This document shows, piece by piece, positions 49,634 to 61,100 of a stretch of 64,000 bases of DNA. Location of the stretch: positions 13,516,001 through 13,580,000 of the forward strand of contig OZ038379.1 in NCBI GenBank assembly GCA_964036045.1. The letters run 5' to 3'. Positions within the stretch are counted from its first letter, which is position 1. Each line of letters starts with the position of its first letter. This DNA comes from Eutreptiella sp. 'Long Island Sound 2002'. Lineage: Eukaryota > Protista > Euglenida. A program made the translations under genes and the position numbers. Below the pieces are notes generated by a model. It was given only the letters and a program-made list of their open reading frames with translations, did not search any database and was not told the DNA's origin.

Positions 49634-51999
49634 CTAGACTCAAAATACTGACAATTTTATAGAGAATTCAATCATGGACGAAAATCTTGGGGAAAAAATT
49701 GACCCTCCCCCTCCCCAACCTCTATCCAGGGTTCGGGCTGAGCAGGGTGGGTTCGAGCAGAGCGAGGTGAAAGGGACGCCACGGAGACACGGAACAGTCA
49801 AGAAATAAAAAAGCAGGGCGCCGTAGCGCCCCTGAGCCACAGGCACAACATGTTGTCACGTGTTGCACAGCCAAAGCACGACTGGGGCGGCGAGAGTGCG
49901 GCCCATGTGAGGAAGACGAAAGCAAGTAGGCATGAATGTGTGGGCGGCATGCGCATGCAGCGTGGGGAGCAGACGTGGTATGCGCCACACGCACAACAGC
50001 AATGATTTGTTGAGTTGCCTGACAGACGGAGCGCATGCTGAAATACTGAGACGCCTTTGCGCCAACCAAGGCGCCATTGCGCCCCTAAGGATGGAGTATG
50101 ACACGACCTCACGACCTGCGGGGCCAGGGTTAGAGACTAACCGGCACTGTGGGTGGGTGGTGGGTGCGAGCTGACCTCGATGTCCAGAGGAACAGTGCCA
50201 ATGCACAGCCAGCAGCCACCTGGTGTGGTACAGAACTGGTCTACGCTGCAGTGCAGCAAGCAATACACTGAACAATGTGGTTATGACCATGCGCCTGTGA
50301 CACGGGGGCGTATGCGAGCCCAGTTTCCGTTGCCTCATGGCCAACCTCTATCCCCATCCCAGCGACTGGGGCCTCCATGTCAGCGGTGAAAAAATTTTTT
50401 GAACAATTTCTTACCCCAACATACATACCTCAAAATGATAAGCACAACGAGGCGGTCATTTTAAGCCATATATGTTGTGGTCCGGGAGCCCCCCCCCCCC
50501 CCCCCGGAAATGCACTACACACACGCCACAGAACACGGGTTCGAACCCAGGTCCCGGTTGGCCTGCCGTGGAGCCGTCGCTTTTGTTTTTCTGGGAAGCT
50601 TGCCTAACAATGGGAGGGTGTAGGCTCTTACCTAAACGGGCCAAGAAACATTCGATAGCCGCTGAGGGTGCCTCGCGCGCGGTGCGGGTGCGCGGTGCGA
50701 TTTTAGCCCGGTTGGCGTAGAATGGCGGTACCATGGAATGTTGCCCCAAAGCGGTCATAGGGGCCTGAGCATTGCATTTAGGTGCCCAATTGTTGTGTTT
50801 GTGTGGGGTCTAGCATGTTGGGGTCTCAGGTTGGGTAGCAGGCACCTTGTAGACTCGAAATTTTCGGTTTCGCCTCCTTTGCTTTCAACAGGACACATGG
50901 CAATGAATGCTGACTTGTTGCCGCCCGGTCATGGTGCATGCGGTGGTACATATTCAGCAGTTTGCGCTATCAGCCGTTTGGCCCTTGGAATCATTTCCCG
51001 GATGAAATTTTTGACCAGTCTGCGGTGGAACCTAACACAGATTCGTCAGAGAGTTCCTCAAGCTCTAGTGATGACTCAGGTGATGAGAATGGCACCTCAT
51101 GCTCTGACGATCCTTGCGAGGACGACACATAGGTGTCCATATATATCGCCGTTCAGTGTATGAACACGAACGAATTCTGCGCATGACGGAAGACATTTGG
51201 TTGACAACACTCATTCTGTCGTTACCGTCTTCTGTGTAGATCCTTGTCACCGTTTTCTGTGGTGTTTGTGTGGCGTTGTTACCTGAAAAAGTGGTGCAAT
51301 AATCCGACTCTTGATAGCGGGCTAAAGCGCGCGGTGCGGGCGCGCGGTGCCTTGAGGCACCCTCGCTGACTTCAGTGAGCTCAAGGCAACATTCGGCCCT
51401 CGTTTGAGGTGTGCTCAAACAACGAATTGAGATTTGTGGCGATGACCATATGCCCGTGACGCGGGGGTATATGCAAGCTCTGTATCCGTTGCTTTATGGC
51501 CCTCCGGACGGCCCCCTGACCCGCCCTGACCCAGCCCCCCCCCCTCCCCCCCCGCCGCCGCCCCTCCCTGAAAATGACAGGAAAGTGGGACGGCGGCGTA
51601 TGGACCAACCCCGACGAGCCCCCCGTGTCGGTGATCCGGAACTTCCTGGCCCTGGCCCTCCTGCATCAGTGGTGGGAAGCACCCAATAAATTTCACGGGC
51701 TGGGGATGCCTAACTGCATACCCACTACGGGGGCAGACAGCTGCAAGCACGAGCAGTGGGACAGCCACAAAGCTGCCGCCTCTCCTCTCCCCTTCCGCCC
51801 ATACGCCCCAAACCCGTAGAGCCCGAACGAGCCTGACCTTGGATCACATCCAGGGAAAGGAACCAAGGTGTGGCAGAGTGCGCCGTAGTTGACTGCCAAC
51901 TGCCGCTGATTACTGGCGAAAACTTCTCAGTTCCGCCCCCCCCCCCCCCTCCCCTGATGCGCAACGACTGATTCAACGACTGATTGACAGTGAACCAGA

Positions 52000-52260
52000 C
52001 AGCTCACTTCAAACCCCTGTTGGCATCCCTGCCTGGACTGCTATTTATGCCTCATGGTTGGTCCGTTGCACTGTAAAATACCATCCGGAGGCACGTCATA
52101 CCTTCCAATTCTTTTTAAAACGCTGGTTGGTGGTGCTGCGCTCACTTGCACAAGCACGGTGCTATACACACATTTCTGTGGATCAAATCAAACTTTTCAT
52201 TGCGGGCATTGAATCTTTGCAACATGGAGCCCTCGCACACCCATCCCTCATCATCACCCC
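52000..52260 (+). pseudogene. Possible C-terminal fragment of a LINE-type ORF2
   Basis: ...AWTAIYASWLVRCTVKYHPEARHTFQFFLKRW resembles the WxxWxxRN-type helix after the zinc knuckle of L1-like ORFs. Weak. Confidence 0.3.
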
Positions 52261-53150
52261 CCCCCCCCTCCCCCGCCCCCACCGGCGGCGGCCAAGGCTC
52301 AACGCCGACTGGAACGCAAACAAGAGCGAGCTTCAGAGCTGGAGCAGTTGCTTCCACACTTTCCAACGAAGGCTACACGCTAGTCTTCACCGATGGCTCG
52401 TCCGAGTTAGTCCCTGGCATTGGTAGAGTGGCAGGCTATGGGATTTTCTCCTCTGATTTATTGTCCATCTCCGCTTACGTTCCAGTGCACTTACGCCAAA
52501 CCAACAACACAGCAGAGCTCTTTGCAGTGCTCCGCGCTATTCAATTATTGCCGCCTGGGCGGTATGCCTTTTGTTCTGATTCTTCCTACGTAATTCTAGG
52601 TGCGAGCGGTGCGGCCAGGCGCTGGAAACTGCGCGGATGGACAGGCTCCTCCGGCCCAGTGTCCAATGTTGAAATTTGGGAGCAACTCCTCAGCGAACTA
52701 AGCCAGCCAGACAAAACCATTAAATGGGTCAAAGTCCCGTCCCACGTCACAGTGGAGGGCAACAACGAAGCAGACCGGCTGGCGGACCAAGGCCGCCTCT
52801 CCAGCCCACTACACCCCATACTGCACACACCAAGCACCTTTTCTGATTTTTCACCACCACGGTTTACCCCTCTCAAGAAGGCACGTTTTGCAGCTACGTC
52901 AACACATGATCTGTCTGAGGTCTCACGAAAAATTGTCTTTCAATCTCCAGCAGCAGTACGTTTTTCCTCCGTCACTGCAAGTGACATCCTCAGATCACTA
53001 GACCTGGAGCCTTTATCTGACTCTGACGAGTCGGGTACCATATCAGATTATAGCGACTCTGACACCGTCACCGCCGACGACGACAGTGACAATGACAGTG
53101 CCTACAGCACTGATGTTAGCGACACGAGAAAACGACGCCTCAGCCAGTAG
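52224..53150 (+). CDS. RNase H1 (type 1) domain ORF, probably retroelement-derived, with an acidic low-complexity tail
   Basis: FTDGS...QTNNTAELFAV...SDSSYV...W...GW...NVEIW...WVKVPSHV...GNNEADRLA; all four catalytic acidic residues are present. Confidence 0.88.
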   Translation: MEPSHTHPSSSPPPPSPAPTGGGQGSTPTGTQTRASFRAGAVASTLSNEGYTLVFTDGSSELVPGIGRVAGYGIFSSDLLSISAYVPVHLRQTNNTAELFAVLRAIQLLPPGRYAFCSDSSYVILGASGAARRWKLRGWTGSSGPVSNVEIWEQLLSELSQPDKTIKWVKVPSHVTVEGNNEADRLADQGRLSSPLHPILHTPSTFSDFSPPRFTPLKKARFAATSTHDLSEVSRKIVFQSPAAVRFSSVTASDILRSLDLEPLSDSDESGTISDYSDSDTVTADDDSDNDSAYSTDVSDTRKRRLSQ

Positions 53151-55390
53151 ACTGCTTTCTAAGTTTTGAATGTGTCTTCCCACAAAGACAGTATGGGAGG
53201 CAGTGTGGTATAGTGGATAGCATCGTCAGCGATGCTGGAGCCCAGGGTGCTTCCACTGAAGCACGCGGCACTTCACCCGACATATGGTCCCACAAACACA
53301 CAGCTATGCAGCCTTGTCAGCTCGCACGTAATACAGCGATTGTCTACCTCCCCTTTTCCCCTCCAGCAGGAGAACAGAAAGCCGTATGGTTAGGCCGAAG
53401 GAGTGCATCAGGCTATACGGCCCTGTGATTCACTGCGACACATCAACACAGACGCAGCTTGAGGGCGTGGCTGTTTTTCATGCACCATCTAGCTCAGCAA
53501 CACACAGGTATTGATCTTTAGTGGTTCGCCGTCCACAGGTTATATAACAAATGCAGCTGCCACTGGCACCGCTGATTGAAACCTTGTACCTACTTGTTGT
53601 ACATTGAATAGTGGAGCACCCCAACCAAGAAGGGGACACATGCATCTGTGAGAGAACCTCTGGACTAATGGCTGAAAGTGTCTATGGCGGGGACATTCAG
53701 TCGATCAGCACCGACCATTGATCCCCTGATGCGCAAGCACTGCCTTGTCCAAGCACAGGAGCCCATCTGACCACTGTTATCCTGGTTTTTCCTGACCACA
53801 ATTTTTGTGGTCAGAAATATAACGTGACTCGGTGGTGGTGCGATGGTAGAGGGACAGGGGGGCTGGATCATGCGTTTGGTAGTTCCTCCTGCTCATACCA
53901 ATATTCTGCTTGCAACTGCAACCCAATGCTGTCTGTTTTGATGCGATTTTCAGCCATGCTTAATGGCTCTTGCTGGCATGGCTGTTACGTACATCCAGTC
54001 CACCAGTGAATATGTGCCCGCCACAATTATTTGTCCTTCTACTCGTGAGGATGGTTTCGTTCATTGAAGTGCATGTGGAATGGGCATGTGCTTGAGCATC
54101 ATGCTCCTTTGGACCCTGGCAAAATTTACACTTGATGCTAAGGGTGTAAAACGGGCCCCCGTCACAGTGAGGAGGAGGTTCTTTTGGTACCGCATGCTGC
54201 GCGCAAGCAAGGGTAGGAGCATGGACCCTGATACCCGAAGAATGAAAGAGATGAAGCCACTTGAGTGCTGTGCATGCTATGTGTTGAAGGGACACAACCT
54301 AAACTATAGGGCCTCTATTGCCCACCGTCACCGATTCTCTACTTGCACGTGGCCGGGAGGTGCTAAACAAGCGGTACCACGCTGATGAGCTTGTAGAAAC
54401 CACATGTCTTGGGCCTTCCATGCAAGTAGATGACTTTGTACCCCCCCCCCTCCTTTGTAATAGCCACGCCCTTGTCCAAGCAATAGTAGGCGTAGGTACC
54501 TTATTAATTTGGTACCTAATTTCAAATCGGTACCAAATGTAGTGCAGCCACACAAGACATGGGTTTGGTGACAAATTTGCCAGCTACATAGGGTCATGGA
54601 CACATTTGTTGTGAGTGTTTGCCCACTTGAACCCACATCGCTCTGATTTTCAGGATATTTCTGCACTATATCCCCCTTTCTTGCACCAGCAATCTTCTCT
54701 TTTTCAACCCTCCTTGATACTCCGGGCCGACATAGGGGCGGTGCAGAGGTGTGGGGTGGAGAGGGGGGGTCCCTTCCCCTGTAACCTTACTTTGGATGAG
54801 GCACACAAGTATTAGACTTTGACTTTTTGATTGCACCCCTCACGGTACAACCCAATACTCCCTCGCTCCCCCCTGAGGCGAAGTCCTAGTCCAGGTTGCT
54901 TGGCCGAGGAGTGCCAACACACGCAAGGTGACTTGGATGCAGGATGGCAGCAACAGGGCGCCCTCACCTGTCCTGTTGCATAGAAACACTGCAGTGTTGA
55001 CAAAATAAAGGCCATCAGGTGCAGACAATTGTATGGTAGCACACGTGTATCATACTTGTGTGGGCGTCCAGTTATTTTCACACATTCCACCGGTGAGCAT
55101 GTGGATGCCACAATGAAGGGACCATCGGAGAAGGGGGAGCTGTTCCTAGTGTTGGGCGACATGAAGGGTGGGCAGGTGGTCACACACCCCTGTGCCCGAG
55201 CTCAAACCAGCTCCTAAACCACGGGCAAAGGCATCTTCAAAGGCATCTTCAAGTGGTCAGCATGTGCAGTTGTTCCGCATGGTGTATGATCGCAAGAAGG
55301 GTTTCCCCCCCAAACATTTGCCCGCGTCTCATGCCTCATTGCTTGTTGGAACATGGGTGTGAACCCGAAGTTTCATGTTTCAAACACTTT

Positions 55391-58081
55391 CTTGTGTTTA
55401 CCACCCTCCCCCTTTGTAAGAGCTACGCCCTTGTCCAAGCTATAGTAGGCGTAGGGACCGTATTAATTTGGTACCTAATTTTAATTCGGTACAAATGTAG
55501 TGCAGCCGCATAACACATGGGTTTGGTGACTGATTCTGATTCGGGGACGGACACCGATGAAGATAAACCCATTTCTGACCTCTCTTCCTCAAGTGATGAT
55601 TCTAGTGACTCGGATGATAATCCCAATGAAGTTATTTGGGCTAAGGCTGCCTGAGGTGTGTGGGGAATGGCCCATGTCTTTGATGGGAAGTTGTACTTTA
55701 CAAGAGACCACATGCAGGGCAATTTGATTCCCAAGAATTTGAAGTTGCCCGAGCCAAAGCCAGCCACTAAACCTCGGGCAAAGGCATCTTCAAAGGCATC
55801 TTCAAGTGGTGAGCATGTGCAGTTGTTCCGCGTGGTATATGATCACAAGAAGGGTTTCCAATCCGAACATTTGTAGGCTTCTCATGCCTCATTGCTTGTA
55901 GGAACATGGGTATGAACCTGAAAATTCATGTTTCAAACACTTTCTTGTGTTTCAATGCCTTTGGGAACGTGGGTGGATGCTAAGGTGCACTCATACCATG
56001 CACTTACTCACGTGTGTGTTGGTACTTGTATGTGTTGCGCGCAAGCCACGCCCTTGTCTAAGCTACAGTAGGCGTAGGGACTGTATTAATTTGGTACTTT
56101 TGCCTGGCCATTACAAGGGGGGGGGGGGTACACTTGACGTATTCAAGGAATAGGCAGGATGATGAGAACCCAGCAGCACCTCCCAATGGTACACTGGTAC
56201 GCTAATGGTTTGGGTTGGGCATCTTGTGCTTAGGGAGGTGTTATGGGAGTTTCATAAGGTCGCCGCACTTGGTTGTTTGGTCGGTAGATTTGCACTGGTT
56301 GGGTTGTTTGCACTGTGTTGCTGAATCACATTGCTTCTGGTGTGATGTGACCGCCGTCCATCTGTTTGGCACCATATTTTTTGTTCTGTGTCATACAACC
56401 CTCCTTGTGGGATCCCTGTGTCCAGCACCTGACTGCAACGTGGAACAATCTTTGTATTTGTGCCTGGTGGAGAGGTGCTCTACATGTGTACAAATGGGGA
56501 GCACGTCCTTGCTACGATCATCAACGGCCAGTTCTCTGATGAGGACCTATGTGCGGTCCCGCTGGTTCCATTCAGCGTGCTCACCGCCATGGCAGGAACA
56601 TCACAGCACCAGATCCGTTGGTGCCATGATGTTCGGTGCCTTCCTTCAGTGCCATTATGTTCGGTGCCATTTTGTACTTCAGTACATCCCAAAAACATAT
56701 GATGTTATCAGAATCCTCGAAACCTTTGCTGCTTGTTTCTCTTTTTTGTTTTCATCTCGCTGCGGCGTGGCAGCTGTTGCTGCACTACCAGGCATATAAG
56801 ATACCAGAAGTGTCTCTAACCTGTTGGCCACAATTTGCTGTGGCAATGGGCTTTCCATCTGCACAGAGAGTTCCAGGCAGTGCTGCTGAGGCTACACAGA
56901 GAGTTCTTGGCAATGCTGCTGAGGTAGAGTTCGTTCCGGCAAAACATTCCAGTGTGTTCCGGCTATTCTAGTTGCCCGGGGGGGGGGGGGGGGGGCATGC
57001 TTGATAGGGTAGGGCAGTTGTGGGCAACTACTTTGTTTCTATGCTCCCGGGTCTCCAGGAGCCGTGGCAGTCTTACACCTCTGCACTCTGTGTACATGTG
57101 TACCGTAGCAACAGGGTTGCCCCCCAGCGGCGTCTCTTTTCGGGGACATGCCTGACACGCATGAAGCTTTTGGGCTTACAACTCTTGCTGTACAGAATAT
57201 CTGGGCCAAGATGCCCATGCACACCATTGGCCTGACGGCCAGAACTGTCTCCGGTGTCAGACAAAAAAAAGATCCCGCATGTCGTATATTTGTATAACTG
57301 TGTGTGTGTGTGTGTTTTCTTTGATCTGTTCTTGTCTCGCGGTTCTTGACGTGTGTGTTTGGTGTCCATGCCCATGGGGGTAGGAACAATTTTACTGCAG
57401 GCTGTTCAGGGGAAACAGAAGAAGATGGGTTCCTCTTGCACCAACTGCACATGCAATCTTGCTCGTGTCAAGAAGAACTCCACACAAAGGCAAGAAAGCA
57501 AAAATGTGCACGTGGAACATGAATCACCACGTTCAGTTGACGCAAAGAAGAATGAGAGCAGGCACATGCATTACTTGTAACCAAGCTAGTGCAGCCGCAG
57601 CATGCCGCAGCATGCCGCAGCACCTTTTTTTTGGAGCTGCACATGGGGGCTTTGAAGCATGCCGCAGCATGCCGCAGCGTGCCGCAGCATGCCGCAGCAC
57701 AAGAAATTTTTCCGTGGGACCGCACTAGCTTGCTTGTAACATCAACCCTCAGCAGCTTGTGCAATTTGGGGTTTTGCGAGTGTGCTGTACTACCCAGATT
57801 TGTTGATCACCTTGCCTGGGCCTCCTCATGCAGCAGCCTTCTGTCCACACCAGTGTGTGGACAGTTACACAGAGAGATGGCGCTGAGCCTCAAAAACTAA
57901 GACAGGAACCTGCATGTGATGCTTCTGCTCCTCCCAACAGATGTGTCACCACCGAACCTGTGTGCCATGGAACCTATCCCTGTTGCACATAGTATTTCAA
58001 GGACTAACAAACTGGTGCATTGTGACTCTAAATTACGCAAATAACTTGCCACAGTGTTGTGCCACAGTGTGATGAATCAAA

Positions 58082-58112
<31 letters not shown>

Positions 58113-61100
58113 TTGTCTGATCGCAGAGTACCGGGTCCTCTTGTATATACGAGTACCGGGTCCTCTTGTATATACTCTGTTTCCAGTTGATGATATTTTG
58201 GTTCCCTGATCTCAATTGCCCACCCATTGGGGGCGCCTTAAGCGCAGTGCGCATGCAGTGCGCGCGCAGTGCAACTATTTGGGCGTTTAGCCGTAGTAGA
58301 AACCCATAATTTGTGGTACTTTGGGCATTGTTGTTTTTTGGAAGTAGGTTTTGATGCTTTGGGGATATGGCATTTTTGGATGTTCACCCTGTTTCACCCA
58401 TTTCTACCTTTTTGCACACATTTTTTTCCCATTTCCACCACATCTACTCTTTTTCTTGGTTGATTGATATGGTGATACACTTTGAGGGTGCCTGCTACGG
58501 GACATCATACTTCCCTCCTCATTTCTCAGGCCCACGGATCTCCATGGATCTCAGCATTGGGGATAGGGTGTTCTACACCCGCTCCAATGGCCTGCAACCT
58601 CCTGCCACGGTGGTTGGGACGGCCTAAGACGGACTCCTCCACTTGGAATACTACCAAGATGGGTTGGGAGTGGTGAATTGGCAATGCAAGATGGGGTCCA
58701 TCTCCTTTGCCATCCCAAGTTCAGATTCGCCACCTCACTTGCCCTCCATCTCCGCCACCCAACACACAGTCAAGTTCCCCCCCAAAGGCCCCTGGTCTTT
58801 CACCACTGCCACAAGAACCGGGAAGGTCCCCCTCAAGGTCCCCTCCAGTCCAGTTTGGGTCGCCTAATTCGAAGGGTGTTTCCAAGGGGCGTGCCTAGGG
58901 GCTCTTCGGGGGGCACATAGTCTAAAAGTAGCGCGCAGTGCGCGCGCAGTGCAAGGATTCCCCCATTGCACTGGATTCCTTTGTCAGTCAGCCAGTCTGA
59001 CTTTATGTGTATACCAGCAGCTTGGTCTCTATGCCAATGCAGTGGGCGTTGACCCCTGGGGCCCCCAGGATGTGCTAGACCCGTACTATCCTTGTAGCAC
59101 TTCTGCGCATTGGGATGGGTCTGCACACTCTTTTCCAATGTGTGCATGTACTCCACCCACCTGGACATTGACTGATCGATGAGTCCCAGACTGCTTGTCG
59201 AGTCTGTTTTTCCTGGTCTGTGCCCCCTTTTGAAGGGGTGGCCGAATGCCATGCAGCATCCTCTATGGTATCACTTGAAGAAGATGGTGTACAACCTGTG
59301 AGGCATCGGCCTGCCTTGGATGATAGATGTGATTCTGGTCATAACACCAACATATGTCGGACATACAGCCCAAGGCTCGCACCTTACCCCCCACCCCACC
59401 CCTTGCGCAAGCACCGGCTTGTCCAAGCACGCGAACCCCTCGGACCTTCGTTTTCCTGATTTTTCCTGACTGCAGTTTTTGTGGTCAGAAATGTAACGTG
59501 ACGCGGTTGGGCTCCGATTGTAGAGGGAAAGGGGGGCTGGATCATGCTTGTGGTAGTCCCTCCTGCTCATACCAACATTCTGCTTGCAACTGCAACTGCC
59601 ACTACTGTTCATTTTGACGTCTTCAGCACAGAGATTCGAGCTCGGTCACTCTCCCCCCACCATGACACCTAAGGCGTCAGTTCAGCATGGCCGAATGAGT
59701 GCCCTGACTCCCTCAAACTGAGCTGTCTCCAGGCAGTGAGTATCTGGCAGTGGCTGCCGCTGTATCTTCATAGCCAACAGCAGTCTTCAGGCCTATGACC
59801 ATCAGCGAAATGTGCATACCAACATCAACACGCTGTACATAGCCGAAGCACACCAATACTGTTGCAGTGGAAATCATGATTGTGCCATTTTGACATGAAT
59901 TGCAGCCATGGTTACTGTTGCTATTGCTGGCATGGTTGTTACGTACATCCGGTCCACCGATGAACATGTGCCCGCCACAATTACTGGTCCTTCTAGTCGT
60001 GCAAGGTTGGAAAGCGCTTTTATTCCACAGCTGCTGATGCCCCTGATGGGCAGTGAGGATGTCCAGAACATGCTGAATTTTGCCTGAACAATGTGCTATG
60101 GAGCTCTGTTGCGACAATTGTGGTTAGGGTGAGGTATGTATGAGTGAGGTATGGGCAGGTGTTCACCACATGTGGTACCATGCATCGTATGCTAGCACGG
60201 GCTTGTCTGAGCATGGGACCCATCCCGGCAGTTTTTTCCACAAAACCTGTATGATGAAGTCCAGATCCCACTGTGGCAAATATAGGTGATTAAATAGGAC
60301 CCCGGCTGACAGTTGTTTTCCTGACTTTCAGCTTTGGGGGGCGCACCGTGCGCTGTGCCCGCACTGTGCGAAAAGTCGGCTGTTTTTCACCACTGGTAGC
60401 CACGGGTACCGGGGTCCTGCACCCTACAGCCCCTGCTGGTACACCAGGGATTTTTTGTTTTAGTCTGATGCTTGCCACGGGTCCCAGGGTCCTGAATTCT
60501 GCGCCCCTGATGCTGTTTTGAATGGATGATGCACGCTTCTGTAGGTGGGTGGTTTTCAGGGGTGTTCACGGGATAAACAACGTAATAATTGGCGTCGTGC
60601 GCGCGCTGTGCCCGCGCTGTGTGAAAACGCCCCTTTGCGCAAAGGGCTAGTCTCCTGTGGGTCCTGTCCACCGGAATTGAATGATCGACGAGTTCCATTT
60701 TGAGACTACCCCCTTAGGTAAAAACCTTTGTGTCCACTGGTCTACAGAGTGTTGCTCCTCAGAATTTTCAACTTCCCGAATTCCTGACACGCATGACAGC
60801 TTGGGCTGCACTAGATTGTGCATGGTACATGAATGATGTGAGCGGCGCTGTGCCTGCCTTCTGCAACACACCAGCACTCAGTGCTAGTAGGGGGCACCAG
60901 CAAAGGAAGAACAAGGGAGCGCGTCAGAAAATACTACTGTCAAGGTGACCCCCCCCCCCCCCTTGGGGGGGGAGATTTCAAGGGGGGGGGGGGTACAAAC
61001 ACCAAGTGTTGGTTGGACAAAGAGTTCCATGCGCGCCTTATGAAACTCCTCCCTAAACACAGGATACCCAGCTCATGCAAAGCACAAAGGGGGCAGAGGC

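Noticed and set aside
53213-53520. Tyrosine-recombinase-like fragment after the RNase H ORF (DIRS/Ngaro model)
   Set aside because: The RHRY catalytic residues are not identifiable and the frame has multiple stops.
54382-54400. CTGATGAG...GAAAC minimal hammerhead
   Set aside because: There is no G-C closing pair, and it lies in a decayed ORF (HADELVET) with a homologue lacking the motif.
1-55390. Circular episome or endogenous virus of 55.4 kb
   Set aside because: The content is intron-rich host genes and TEs, there are no capsid, polymerase or packaging genes, and the two copies differ.
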